DNA from: an uncultured bacterium
GTDB taxonomy: Bacteria; Omnitrophota; Gorgyraeia; Duberdicusellales; CBEUCJ01
Assembly: GCA_965541615.1 (NCBI GenBank)
Contig: CBEUCJ010000002.1
Location: forward strand, 95,795-159,794
Length of the DNA: 64,000 nt
Direction of reading: 5' to 3'
Under the pieces are notes generated by a model that was not told where the DNA came from, ran no database searches, and was given only the letters and a program-made list of their open reading frames with translations. Below are positions 1 to 9,617 of the stretch, one piece after another. Both the position numbers and the translations under genes were made by a program. The stretch's first letter is position 1. Each line of letters starts with the position of its first letter.

Positions 1-463
1 TGCTATTCCGCGCCGTAATTTTTTAGGAAATCGTTGGATAAGATATGGTGGGTTTTATCCTTCTGCTCAACTTAAGCTTTTTAGAAAAGATAAATTTAGA
101 TGGGAAGAAGCCGAAGTCCATCCAAGAGCTTTTCTTGAAGGAAAGTGCGGGCGTTTAAAAAAAGACTTACTTCATTACACATATAAAGATTTTTCAGATG
201 TTTTAAAAAAATTAAACCACCAGACTACACTTGAAGCAAAAAAATGGTTCAGAATCTATAAAGAAAATCCTAAGAAAGCTCATTACAAAATGAATTTCTT
301 TCATGTACTTTGGAGAATGTTAGATAGATTTATAAGAAGTTTTATAATTAAGAAAGGCTTTAAAGATGGATTTTTAGGGTTTGTGATAGCTGTAAATTCT
401 TCTTTATACCAATTACTTTCGTATGTTAAATATAAAGAATTGAGAGAAAATTATGAAAAATGA
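1..463 (+). CDS. Glycosyltransferase family 2 (WaaE/KdtX-like LPS glycosyltransferase), 5'-partial
   Basis: My translation from base 2 reads AIPRRNFLGNRWIRYGGFYPSAQLKLFRK...EVHP...LLHYTY...KKGFKDGFLGFVIA to TGA at 461-463, typical of the WaaE-like GT2 C-terminal half. Not in the ORF track because it lacks a start codon. Confidence 0.85.
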   Translation, partial: AIPRRNFLGNRWIRYGGFYPSAQLKLFRKDKFRWEEAEVHPRAFLEGKCGRLKKDLLHYTYKDFSDVLKKLNHQTTLEAKKWFRIYKENPKKAHYKMNFFHVLWRMLDRFIRSFIIKKGFKDGFLGFVIAVNSSLYQLLSYVKYKELRENYEK

Positions 464-1031
464 AAATAAAGATATTCAACTGGTAGTTTTCTTAGATAGA
501 GATGGAGTAATAAACAAGTTCCCTGGCAGAGGAGAGTATGTCAAAAATTGGAAAGAGTTTGAGTTTTTGCCAGGTGTTTTTGAAGCTTTAAAAGCTTTGA
601 AAGAAAAAGGTGCAAAGATTTTTATAATCTCTAACCAAGCAGGTGTAGGTAAAGGAATTTATTCACAAAAAGACTTAGAATTGATAACTGAAAATATGCT
701 GAAAGAATTGCGTTCTGAAGGAATAGAGTTAGATGGTGTATTTTATTGCACTCATTCTCCTGAAGAAAACTGTGAGTGTAGAAAACCTAAAACCAGACTT
801 TTAGAGAGAGCTGTCCAATCTTTAGGAGAAGTAAAAATTTTAAGGAAAATATTTATAGGTGATTCTATAAGGGATATAAAGACAGCAAGAAATTTTGGAT
901 GTATAGGAATTTTAGTTTTAAGTGGACAAGAAAGTTTAGAAAATAAATCTCAGTGGGAGATAGAACCAGATTTTGTTTTCAAGGATTTAAAAGCAGCAGT
1001 TAACTTTATCTTAAATTCTTTTTTTGATTGA
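453..1031 (+). CDS. gmhB: D-glycero-D-manno-heptose 1,7-bisphosphate phosphatase (HAD IIIA)
   Basis: FLDRDGVIN, SNQAG, CTH...CECRKP zinc motif, IGDS; next to an LPS-type GT2. Confidence 0.85.
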   Translation: MKNENKDIQLVVFLDRDGVINKFPGRGEYVKNWKEFEFLPGVFEALKALKEKGAKIFIISNQAGVGKGIYSQKDLELITENMLKELRSEGIELDGVFYCTHSPEENCECRKPKTRLLERAVQSLGEVKILRKIFIGDSIRDIKTARNFGCIGILVLSGQESLENKSQWEIEPDFVFKDLKAAVNFILNSFFD

Positions 1032-2086
1032 AGAAAGTGCAAGATACTTGGATAATTTACGCTTCTTGTGGGAGAGGGCATTTTTATGTAGCTCAAAGTA
1101 TAAGAGAATCTTTTGAAGAATCTGAGTTTATAAATATTTTAGACTATAATCCTATTTTTAAATTTTTTTATCAAGGAGGGTATGAGTTTATATTAAAAAA
1201 ATTCCCTTTTCTTTGGGATCTAATATTTAAAATTACTGATATTTATACTCCCTTCTTTGATTTTTTAAGAGTTAAATTAGAAAGGTTTTTATTGAAAGAT
1301 TTTTTAAAAGAAATAGAAAAATATTCACCTCGCAGAATAATACTAACACATTTTCTTCCTTTAGAGATCCTTTCTTCAGACCATTTCTCAAAGATAGAAG
1401 TCTATTGCTTTATAACTGACTACTATCCTCACAGATTCTGGATAAATGAGAAGGTAAAGACTTATTTTGTTGGAAGTAATTTTACTAAAAAGGAATTAGA
1501 AAAAAGAGGAATTCCTTCTGATAAGATAATTGTGTCTGGTATTCCTATAAGAAGAGGATTTAAAAATTCTAATATTAAGGAAGAGAAAAATTCTATTTTA
1601 ATATTCTCAGGAATATTTTCTTTTAAACCTATATTAAAGATTATAGAGTCTTTGAAAAATACGAAGTTTAAAATATACCTTCTATTGTATAAAGAACACT
1701 TTTTTCTTTTTAAAAAACTCAAGAAAAAATTTAATAACTTACAGATATTTTTTCATACACAGGATATTTACCCTTTAATGCAAAAAGCAGAGTTCATAGT
1801 CTCAAAACCAGGAGGTAGCACTATTTCAGAAGCACTTTATCTTAAAAAAATCTGTATTTTTTTTGATATAATTGGAGGACAAGAGAAGAAAAATTTAGAG
1901 TTCATTAAAAAATATAATTTAGGGATAGTTTTAAAAGATTTTTCTCAATTGGAAAGCATTCTTAGTACTTTGAATTCTGAAAAAATAGACTTTATCAAAA
2001 AAAATATAGAAAATTTTTTAAATGAACATACAAAAGAAGATTTAAAGACCCTTATTTTAAAAAATGATAGCCCAAGTAGTATTTAA
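1028..2086 (+). CDS. MGDG synthase/UgtP-like diacylglycerol glycosyltransferase (GT28)
   Basis: ASCGRGH, THFLP, ITDY.PHRFW, SGIPIR, SKPGGSTISEA, GGQEKKN motifs; TTG start. Confidence 0.8.
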   Translation: MKKVQDTWIIYASCGRGHFYVAQSIRESFEESEFINILDYNPIFKFFYQGGYEFILKKFPFLWDLIFKITDIYTPFFDFLRVKLERFLLKDFLKEIEKYSPRRIILTHFLPLEILSSDHFSKIEVYCFITDYYPHRFWINEKVKTYFVGSNFTKKELEKRGIPSDKIIVSGIPIRRGFKNSNIKEEKNSILIFSGIFSFKPILKIIESLKNTKFKIYLLLYKEHFFLFKKLKKKFNNLQIFFHTQDIYPLMQKAEFIVSKPGGSTISEALYLKKICIFFDIIGGQEKKNLEFIKKYNLGIVLKDFSQLESILSTLNSEKIDFIKKNIENFLNEHTKEDLKTLILKNDSPSSI

Positions 2087-3875
2087 CTTAGCAATTGATA
2101 AATATTTTGAATATAAAATTCCTTCAGGATTTAGAGAAAAAATAAGACCTCTTCAGAGAGTAATGGTAGAGTTCAACAATAAACAAAGATGGGGTATAGT
2201 TTTAAAAATCAAAGAAGAAACTCAAAGGAAAGAATTAAAACCCATATTAGATATTTTAGATAACACACCTATCTTAGATAATTTTGATTTAGAATTTGCC
2301 AAAAGGATTTCTAAGAACTATTTTATAAGTTTGGGTGAAGCTTTGGAATTGTTTTTACCTCCTTATTTAAGAAGGATTAAAAAAAATGAAAAAGAATTAA
2401 AAACCTTTAATTTAAATTATCAAGAATTTAAAGTAAGGTTGATTCTAAAAGAAGATAAAGAGTTATTTGAAGAATTAGAATCTGAGATTTGCAGAATAAT
2501 AAATCAGGGAAAACAAGTTTTAATAATAGTACCTCTTTATACAGATGTTCTTAAATGGCTAACTATGTTAGAAAAATTCAACGCAAATATAGCAACTTTA
2601 AGTTCAAAACAGACTCCAAAAACTTTTTTTAAAGAATGGCTAAAAATTAAAGAACAAAAAGCTCAAATAATCTTAGGTACAAGGGTAGCTATATTCTGTC
2701 CAGCCAGAAACTTAGGTTTAATAGTGGTAAATAAGGAATATTCAGATTCCTTTAAACAACAGGAAAAGCCTTTTTATAATTTAAGAGACTTAGCATTAAT
2801 GAGGGCAGAGTTGGAAAAGAAAGAAATTATTTTTGGGAGCAATCTACCTTCTTTAGAAATTTTCATGTATTTTAAAGAGAGAGGCAATTTTTTAGATAAT
2901 TTAGATAAAGATAAGAAGGTATATTTTATTGAAAAAAAGAAATATCAAACTGTAAAAAAAACAATTTTAAATCCTTTTATAGATACTCTTATAAGAAATT
3001 ATTTAGAAAATAATCAAAAAGTTACTATCCTCTTTAATAAAGCAGGGTATGCTAGGACAGTCTATTGTAAAGTTTGCGGAAGTGTTTTGAAGTGTGAAAG
3101 ATGCGGAGTAGCTTTGGTTTACCATTCTGAAAGTAAAGAGTTAGTATGTCATTTTTGTGCAAAGAGATACCCTTTTAAAGAAGAATGTCCTAAATGTGGT
3201 TCGAGTTTTGTAAGGTTTTCAGGATGGGGGATAGAAAAATTAGAAAAAGAGTTCTCCAGAATTTTTTTAGATAAAGTGGTGGTAAGATTAGATAAAGAAG
3301 AAAGAATTCTGCCTGAAGATTGGAATATTATTTTATGTACACAGATAATTTATAATTATGATTTGGAAACAGATTTATTTATAATTTTAGACATAGATAG
3401 TTTTTTAAATTTTCAAGATTTTAGAAATGCAGAAAAAGTAATGAGATTACTTTATGAGTCATTAAAGAAAACAAAAAGAGAATTAGTAGTATTTACTTCA
3501 ACACCAGATTTTTATCCTTTTAAGTATTTAAGAGATTTTGATTTAAAAGGTTTCTATGAGAAAGAAGAAGCTCTTAGAAAAGAAGCAGGTCTTCCTCCTT
3601 TTGGTCATGTTTGTTTAGTAAGATTTAGAGCTAAAAAGCCTTCTGCTTCTTTAAAAAAAGCTGAGCAGTTCTATGATTTTTTAAAAGAAAGATATCCTTT
3701 TATAGAAATATTTACTCCTTCTTTTAGTTTTCCTTTTAAATTAAGAGGAAAATTCAGATGGCAGATATTATTAAAGTACTCAAATATAAAAATTTTAAGA
3801 AAGGCTGTTACAGAAGTTTTGAATAAAGTTAAACCTTCAGCTGTGAAAATAAGTATAGAGATAGATTTAGAATGA
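2064..3875 (+). CDS. priA: Primosomal protein N' (PriA), helicase motifs degenerate
   Basis: N-terminal 3'-DNA-binding domain, four CxxC pairs, GLPPF and RGKFRWQILLK C-terminus; Walker A and DEEH motifs absent. Confidence 0.9.
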   Translation: MIAQVVFNLAIDKYFEYKIPSGFREKIRPLQRVMVEFNNKQRWGIVLKIKEETQRKELKPILDILDNTPILDNFDLEFAKRISKNYFISLGEALELFLPPYLRRIKKNEKELKTFNLNYQEFKVRLILKEDKELFEELESEICRIINQGKQVLIIVPLYTDVLKWLTMLEKFNANIATLSSKQTPKTFFKEWLKIKEQKAQIILGTRVAIFCPARNLGLIVVNKEYSDSFKQQEKPFYNLRDLALMRAELEKKEIIFGSNLPSLEIFMYFKERGNFLDNLDKDKKVYFIEKKKYQTVKKTILNPFIDTLIRNYLENNQKVTILFNKAGYARTVYCKVCGSVLKCERCGVALVYHSESKELVCHFCAKRYPFKEECPKCGSSFVRFSGWGIEKLEKEFSRIFLDKVVVRLDKEERILPEDWNIILCTQIIYNYDLETDLFIILDIDSFLNFQDFRNAEKVMRLLYESLKKTKRELVVFTSTPDFYPFKYLRDFDLKGFYEKEEALRKEAGLPPFGHVCLVRFRAKKPSASLKKAEQFYDFLKERYPFIEIFTPSFSFPFKLRGKFRWQILLKYSNIKILRKAVTEVLNKVKPSAVKISIEIDLE

Positions 3876-4822
3876 AAGTAGTATTTTTTGGTTCCACAGA
3901 ATACTCTGTTGAGATTTTAAAAAAATTAAAAGAGTTAAATCATCGACTCATTGTATTCTGTCCTCCAGATAAAAGAAAAGGAAGGCATTTAAAACTAAAA
4001 CCTTCTCCTGTAAAGCTTTTTTGTCTGGAAAATGAAATTGAATTTTTTCAACCCCAAGATATTAACTCTCAACAGAATTTAGAAATTTTAAAAAAATTTT
4101 CTCCTGATATCTTTCTTGTATGTGAGTACGGTCAAATATTTGGAAAAGAAATCTTAAAGATACCAAAGATTTTACCTATAAATATTCATTTATCTTTACT
4201 TCCAAAGTATAGAGGGGCTGCTCCTGTAAATTGGGCAATAATAAAAGGAGAGACTCAAACAGGGATAACTTTTCATAGAATAACACTAAAAGTAGATGCT
4301 GGAGAAATTATCTATCAAGAAAAGTTTCCTATAGAGATTAAAGAGAGTTCTTTGAGTCTGCATTCAAAATTGATAAAAAGAGTAACCCAAATTCTACCTC
4401 ATTTTTTGGAAAGTTTAGAGAAAGGAAATTTTAGATTGATTCCTCAAGATGAAAAAGAAGCCAGTTACGCTCCACGTTTAAAAAAGGAAGATGGTTTAAT
4501 TGATTGGTATGATACAAATATCAATATCTTTAATAAAATTAGAGGACTTTTACCTTGGCCTACAGCTTTTAGTTATTTAGAAACAGGTCTCTTAATAAAA
4601 TTTTTTAAAGCTGATTTGTCTAATGAGAATTTCAAAGATTTTTCTCCATCTCAGATAGTAGAAGTTAAAAAAGATTCATTTAAAATAAAGTGTGGAAAAG
4701 GAAATATTGAGATTTTAGAATTACAACCTGCTTCAAAAAGAGTAATGACAGCTAAGGAATTTATATGTGGATATAGGATAAAGCCTGGTTTGAAATTTAT
4801 AGGGAAAAATATTCAAGATTGA
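3872..4822 (+). CDS. fmt: Methionyl-tRNA formyltransferase
   Basis: INIHLSLLPKYRGAAPVNWAI, PDKRKGR, IRGLLPWP. Confidence 0.95.
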   Translation: MKVVFFGSTEYSVEILKKLKELNHRLIVFCPPDKRKGRHLKLKPSPVKLFCLENEIEFFQPQDINSQQNLEILKKFSPDIFLVCEYGQIFGKEILKIPKILPINIHLSLLPKYRGAAPVNWAIIKGETQTGITFHRITLKVDAGEIIYQEKFPIEIKESSLSLHSKLIKRVTQILPHFLESLEKGNFRLIPQDEKEASYAPRLKKEDGLIDWYDTNINIFNKIRGLLPWPTAFSYLETGLLIKFFKADLSNENFKDFSPSQIVEVKKDSFKIKCGKGNIEILELQPASKRVMTAKEFICGYRIKPGLKFIGKNIQD

Positions 4823-4847
4823 TTTTTTGGAAAAACTTTGATAAATT
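4819..4847 (+). promoter_or_regulatory. Putative sigma70 promoter for the tRNA pair
   Basis: TTGATT-17 nt-TAAATT with a TGn extension, about 20 nt upstream of the tRNA. Confidence 0.5.
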
Positions 4848-4868
4848 ATATAGTATCTTTTTCAAAAA

Positions 4869-4941
4869 GGGCCCGTAGCTCAATTGGCAGAGCAGCTGAC
4901 TCATAATCAGCGGGTTGGAGGTTCGAGTCCTCCCGGGCCCA
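4869..4941 (+). tRNA. tRNA-Ile2 (anticodon CAT, lysidine-modified)
   Basis: GGGCCCG/CGGGCCC acceptor, GCTGA-CTCATAA-TCAGC anticodon arm, TTCGAGT T-loop. Lacks initiator features; loop CTCATAA is as in ileX. No CCA. Confidence 0.85.
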
Positions 4942-4963
4942 GTATAAATTTATTTATAGAAAT

Positions 4964-5037
4964 GGGCGATTAGCTCAGTTGGATAGAGCGCCACCTTCAC
5001 AAGGTGGAGGTCACCCGTTCAAGTCGGGTATCGCCCA
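4964..5037 (+). tRNA. tRNA-Val (CAC)
   Basis: GGGCGAT/ATCGCCC acceptor, CCACC-TTCACAA-GGTGG anticodon arm, TTCAAGT T-loop. No CCA. Confidence 0.92.
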
Positions 5038-5054
5038 TTTTGAAATTTCTTTTA

Positions 5055-5771
5055 ATGAATCTTAAAGAAGAACTAAGAAAGTTAACAGAATTACAGGAGA
5101 TAGATAAAGAGATTTTTAAATTAAAAGCAAAAATTAAAGAGATTCCAGAAAAAATAGAAAAGATCAATCAGGAATTTGAATTAAAAAAAGAAGATTATAA
5201 AAAGTTAGAAGAAGAAGTTAAGAAATTAAAATTAACACACAAAGATAGAGAGTTAGAGTTATCTTCTAAAGAAGAACAACTTCGAAAAGCTCAATCTCAA
5301 CTTTATCAGATTAAGACTAACCAAGAATACCAAGCTAAATTGAAAGAGATAGAAGGAATTAAAGCAGATTGCTCTGTGATAGAGGAAAAAATAATTTTAC
5401 TTTTAGATGAGATAGAAGAAGCAGAAAAAAAGTTGAAATCTGAGTTAGAAGTTTTAAAGAAAGAAGAAGAAGAAAAAAATAGAAAAGTACAAGATCTCCA
5501 GAAAGAAGCTGAGAAGCTAAGAGAAGAATTAAAAATTTTAGAGGATAAAAGAAAATCAAAAGTTTTACACATAGATAAAGAAATTTTAAATGAATATGAA
5601 AAGCTATTAGAACATAGACAAGGATTAGCTATTGTGCCAGTAAAAAATTTTATATGCACAGGATGTAATATGAGTATACCTCCTCAGGTAGTCAATGAGA
5701 TAAAAATGTATAAAAAGTTAGTACACTGTGAGATGTGCGCCCGTATTCTTTATATTGAAGAGGAGTTGTAA
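5055..5771 (+). CDS. Coiled-coil + C4 zinc-ribbon protein (CT398/HP0958-like)
   Basis: LTELQEID N-terminus, long coiled coil, CTGC...HCEMCARILY. Start moved to ATG 5055 because the track start lies inside tRNA-Val. Confidence 0.9.
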   Translation: MNLKEELRKLTELQEIDKEIFKLKAKIKEIPEKIEKINQEFELKKEDYKKLEEEVKKLKLTHKDRELELSSKEEQLRKAQSQLYQIKTNQEYQAKLKEIEGIKADCSVIEEKIILLLDEIEEAEKKLKSELEVLKKEEEEKNRKVQDLQKEAEKLREELKILEDKRKSKVLHIDKEILNEYEKLLEHRQGLAIVPVKNFICTGCNMSIPPQVVNEIKMYKKLVHCEMCARILYIEEEL

Positions 5772-6173
5772 ATGGTAAAAGTATTTATAGATGGAGCTTC
5801 AAAAAATAATCCAGGACCTAGTGGAGCTGGCATTGTTCTTTATGAAAATGGCAAAAAAATAAAAGAGCTTTCTGTATTTTTGGGAGAGACTACCAATAAT
5901 TGTGCTGAATATCTCTCTTTAATCTTAGGTTTACAAGAAGTAATAAAGTTAGGAAAAAAAAGAGCTGAATTTTATTCAGATAGTCAACTTTTGGTAAATC
6001 AGATCAAAGGTGTTTATAAAGTTAGAGATGAAAAATTATCTTTACTGAAAATAATAGCTGAAAATTTGATTTTAAGTTTAGAAGAATTTAATATAAAATT
6101 TATAGATAGAGAAAAGAACAAAGAAGCTGATAACTTAGCGAACCAGGCTTTTATTAAAAAAGGAGGTGAGTAA
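5772..6173 (+). CDS. rnhA: Ribonuclease HI family
   Basis: [39 protein letters not shown]. Confidence 0.9.
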   Translation: MVKVFIDGASKNNPGPSGAGIVLYENGKKIKELSVFLGETTNNCAEYLSLILGLQEVIKLGKKRAEFYSDSQLLVNQIKGVYKVRDEKLSLLKIIAENLILSLEEFNIKFIDREKNKEADNLANQAFIKKGGE

Positions 6174-6175
6174 AG

Positions 6176-6937
6176 TTGAGTGGACATTCAAAATGGGCAT
6201 CTATAAAACATAAAAAACAAGCTCAAGATGCTAAACGTGGTAAACTATTTACTAAATTAATAAGAGAAATAACAGTCGCTGCTAGAGAAGGCGGAGGTAA
6301 CCCTGATACAAATCCTAGGCTTAGACAGGCTATAGAAAGGGCAAAAGAAGCAAATATGCCTCAAGAGAATATAATCAGAGCTATAAAAAGAGGTACAGGT
6401 GAAATCCCAGGAGTAAGTTATGAGCAGGTAATTTATGAATGCTATGGACCTCAAGGAGTAGCTATTTTAATTGAAGCTCTCACTGATAATAAAAATAGGA
6501 CTTCTGCTGAAATAAGAAGCATTTTAACAAAAAAAGGTGGAAATATGGCTTCACCAGGAGCTGTCTCTTGGATGTTCCAGAGGAAAGGGTATATTTTGGT
6601 AGAGAAAGATAAGGTAGATGAAGAAACTCTAATGGAAGTAAGTATTGAGGCAGGTGCAGAAGATATTAAATCTGAAGGAAAAAATTATGAGATAATTACC
6701 TCTCCTCAAGATTTTGAGAAAGTTAAAAATTCTTTGAAAGAAAAAAATATACCTATAAGTTCAGCTGAGATTACAATGATTCCTACTAGTACTATAAGAG
6801 TTACAGGTCAAGCTGCCAAACAAGTTTTAGCTTTGGTAGAAAGTTTAGAGGATCATGATGATGTTCAAAATGTTTACTCAAATTTTGACATTCCAGAAGA
6901 AGAGTTAGAGAGTTTAGCTCAGAGTTTGAAAGAATGA
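6176..6937 (+). CDS. yebC: YebC/PmpR family protein
   Basis: [32 protein letters not shown]; AGGAGG RBS, TTG start. Confidence 0.95.
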   Translation: MSGHSKWASIKHKKQAQDAKRGKLFTKLIREITVAAREGGGNPDTNPRLRQAIERAKEANMPQENIIRAIKRGTGEIPGVSYEQVIYECYGPQGVAILIEALTDNKNRTSAEIRSILTKKGGNMASPGAVSWMFQRKGYILVEKDKVDEETLMEVSIEAGAEDIKSEGKNYEIITSPQDFEKVKNSLKEKNIPISSAEITMIPTSTIRVTGQAAKQVLALVESLEDHDDVQNVYSNFDIPEEELESLAQSLKE

Positions 6938-6943
6938 AATTTA

Positions 6944-7429
6944 ATGAAAATTTTAGCAGTAGACCCTGCTCTTAGCACTTCAGGCTTTGCAGTCTTAGAA
7001 TTTGATGAGAAGAATAAAAAGATTTATCTTAGAGAAGCAGGATTAGTAAAGACGACTTCTAAAAATTCTTTGCCTGACAGATTAAGAAAAATTTATGAGA
7101 AATTTAAAGAGATAATAGATAAATATAAACCTGAAATCTTACTATTAGAAAAGTTTTATACACATTTAAGACATCCTTTAACTGTTGCAATGTTGAGTAA
7201 GGCAAAAGGGATATTAATGCTGTTAGCTTCTCAAAATAACATAGAAGTTTTGGAGTTATCTACTACACATGTAAAGAAAGCTTTAACTGGCAAAGGAAAT
7301 GCCAAAAAATATCAAATTAAAAGAATGGTAGAATTTTTTTTAAAAAAGAAAATATCTTCACAACATATATCTGATGCTTTGGCACTGGCTTTAGCTTACT
7401 TGAATATGAAAAAATGTTTTGTAGGATAA
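6944..7429 (+). CDS. ruvC: Holliday junction resolvase RuvC
   Basis: ILAVDPA, VKKALTGKGNAKK, HISDALALA; follows yebC. Confidence 0.93.
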   Translation: MKILAVDPALSTSGFAVLEFDEKNKKIYLREAGLVKTTSKNSLPDRLRKIYEKFKEIIDKYKPEILLLEKFYTHLRHPLTVAMLSKAKGILMLLASQNNIEVLELSTTHVKKALTGKGNAKKYQIKRMVEFFLKKKISSQHISDALALALAYLNMKKCFVG

Positions 7430-8031
7430 AAGGAAAGATAAAAGTAAAGACACCTGAAAAAGTAATTTTAGAAAATAAGGGAATTTCTTACGAAATTTTA
7501 ATCTCTCCTTTGACTTCCCAAAAATTAGAAAATTTAGACCTTTCTCAAGAAATAGAATTAATAATTTATAGTTATTTTATTTTGCAAAAAAATTTAGCTA
7601 AACCTGTATTTATAGGGTTTTTAAATGAATTAGAGAAGGAATTTTTTGAATTGTTTATTTCTATCTCAGGAATAGGTCCAAAGAATGCTTTAAAAGCACT
7701 CTCTAAACCTATATCTGAGATAGCCAGAAATATAGAGAATGAAGATTTAGAAGCTTTGAAAAAACTCCCTCATATAGGTGTTCAAAAATCTAAAGAAATA
7801 ATAGCTAAGTTAAAAGGGAAAGTATCCAGATTTATGCTTATTAAAGACGAAGGTATAAAGATTGAGAAGGAAAAGATTAAAGAAGAAATAGTCCAAGAAG
7901 CTTTTCAGATACTCTTGCAACTTCAATATAAAAAATCAGAAGCAAAGAGTTTAATAGAAAAAGCTTTAAAATCGAAGAAAGAATTTAATTCTACTCAGGA
8001 GCTTTTAAATGAAATCTACAGAGTTATCTAA
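7414..8031 (+). CDS. ruvA: Holliday junction branch migration protein RuvA
   Basis: N-terminal OB fold (GISYEI), HhH ISGIGPK, C-terminal domain III. Confidence 0.9.
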   Translation: MFCRIKGKIKVKTPEKVILENKGISYEILISPLTSQKLENLDLSQEIELIIYSYFILQKNLAKPVFIGFLNELEKEFFELFISISGIGPKNALKALSKPISEIARNIENEDLEALKKLPHIGVQKSKEIIAKLKGKVSRFMLIKDEGIKIEKEKIKEEIVQEAFQILLQLQYKKSEAKSLIEKALKSKKEFNSTQELLNEIYRVI

Positions 8032-8575
8032 AGAGTTGCTTAAAAAAACTGTAGAAGGTATTTTATTTTTGTCAGATAAACCTGTAAAATTAGAAGATTT
8101 AGTTTCCAATTTAAAAGCTCCTTTTACACTTATAAAACAAATTTTAGAAGAACTTAAAACTGAGTATTTTAATTCTCAAAGAGGAATAAGAATTACTGAA
8201 GTAGCAGGTGGTTTTAGGATGGAAACAGTCCCTGAAATTGCTCAGAATGTTAAAAATTATTTTTCTTTACAAAATAAAAAAAGGCTTTCAAAATCATCTT
8301 TAGAAGTGTTAGCTATTATAGCTTACAAAGGCCCTGTGACTAAAAAAGATATTGAAATAATAAGAGGAGTAAATTGCGATGGTGCAATAAAAAGACTTTT
8401 GGAACTAGAATTGATAAAAGTCGCAGGTAGAAAAAAAGCTCCTGGAAGACCTCTTTTATTTAAAACTACAGATAAATTTTTAGAATACTTTGGTTTAAGA
8501 AGTTTAGAAGATTTACCACCTTTAAAAGGAGAGGTTTCGGATGCCCTTAAAGAAATTGCGCCAACAAATAGATAA
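8009..8575 (+). CDS. scpB: SMC-Scp complex subunit ScpB
   Basis: EVAGGF, LSKSSLEVLAIIAYKGPVT, IRGVN, PGRPLLFKTT..FLEYFGL. Confidence 0.95.
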   Translation: MKSTELSKELLKKTVEGILFLSDKPVKLEDLVSNLKAPFTLIKQILEELKTEYFNSQRGIRITEVAGGFRMETVPEIAQNVKNYFSLQNKKRLSKSSLEVLAIIAYKGPVTKKDIEIIRGVNCDGAIKRLLELELIKVAGRKKAPGRPLLFKTTDKFLEYFGLRSLEDLPPLKGEVSDALKEIAPTNR

Positions 8576-9617
8576 ATTAGATGAAAAGATCTTAGAGATT
8601 TTGAATTTGAGAGCTAAGAAAGTAAAGGAACTTTCTAAGATAAAAAAAGAAAAGAAGATAAATGTATTTCAAGAATCTAGACACAAACAAATTCTCTATA
8701 GGCTTTTTAAGAAAAATAAAGGTCCTCTCAAAAATGAACATATTGAAAATATTTACAGAGAGATATTTTCAGCTTGCTTAGATATTCAAAAAAAATTAAA
8801 GATAGCTTATTTAGGACCAGAAGGGACTTTTACTCACCAAGCAGCTTTAAAAAAGTTTGGAAGAAATTTAGAGTTTATTTCTTGTTCTAATATTCAAGAA
8901 GTTTTTAATATGGTAGCTTCCCAAAATGTAGATTTAGGAGTAGTGCCCATTGAAAATTCCATTGAAGGAGTAATTACTCATACTTTAGATATGTTCATAG
9001 ACTCAGACATAAAAATATGTTCAGAGATTATTTTGAGGATTTCTTTATGTTTACTTTCTAAAGAGAAAGATATAGAAAAAATTAAAAAAATTTACTCTCA
9101 TCCTCAAGTCTTTGTTCAAGCAAAAGTTTTTTTACAGGAAAAGTTACCAGATGCCACTTTATTATCATGTGATTCTACATCTTTAGCAGCTAAATTAGCT
9201 ACAAAAGAAAAAAATTCAGCTTGCATAGGTTCTGAAGCTTTAGCCTCAATTTACAACCTCAATGTATTAGAGAAAAATATTCAGGATTACGCTCACAATG
9301 TAACAAGATTTTTAGTAATTTCTTTAGAAGACTCTCAACCTACAGGAAATGATAAGACTTCTATTTTGTTTTCTTTAAAAGATAGAGTAGGTGCTTTACA
9401 TGATGCTTTAGCTCCTTTTAAAAGATACCAAATAAATTTGACTAAAATAGAATCAAGACCTTCACGAAAAAGAGCTTGGGAATACTTTTTCTTTGTAGAT
9501 TTTGAAGGTCATAGAACTCAAAGGAAGATAAAACTTGCTTTAAAAGAGTTAGAGAAAGAATGCTTATTTTTGAAGATTTTGGGATCTTATCCTAAGGAGA
9601 TTGAGAAGTATGTTTAA
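8541..9617 (+). CDS. pheA: Chorismate mutase/prephenate dehydratase
   Basis: LRQQIDKLD CM domain; YLGPEGTFTH, PIENSIEG, NVTRF, LTKIESRPS. Confidence 0.96.
   Translation: MPLKKLRQQIDKLDEKILEILNLRAKKVKELSKIKKEKKINVFQESRHKQILYRLFKKNKGPLKNEHIENIYREIFSACLDIQKKLKIAYLGPEGTFTHQAALKKFGRNLEFISCSNIQEVFNMVASQNVDLGVVPIENSIEGVITHTLDMFIDSDIKICSEIILRISLCLLSKEKDIEKIKKIYSHPQVFVQAKVFLQEKLPDATLLSCDSTSLAAKLATKEKNSACIGSEALASIYNLNVLEKNIQDYAHNVTRFLVISLEDSQPTGNDKTSILFSLKDRVGALHDALAPFKRYQINLTKIESRPSRKRAWEYFFFVDFEGHRTQRKIKLALKELEKECLFLKILGSYPKEIEKYV

Noticed and set aside
4869-4941. Initiator or second elongator tRNA-Met
   Set aside because: It has a paired G1-C72, no three consecutive G-C pairs in the anticodon stem, and a CTCATAA loop; it fits tRNA-Ile2, and tilS is present.
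5004-5054. N-terminal extension of the zinc-ribbon ORF given in the track
   Set aside because: It overlaps tRNA-Val; the family-like sequence begins at ATG 5055.
5055-5600. GAA/AAA-rich quasi-periodic sequence as a tandem repeat or CRISPR
   Set aside because: It is explained by E/K-rich coiled-coil coding. No identical repeat-spacer units were seen here or elsewhere in the window.
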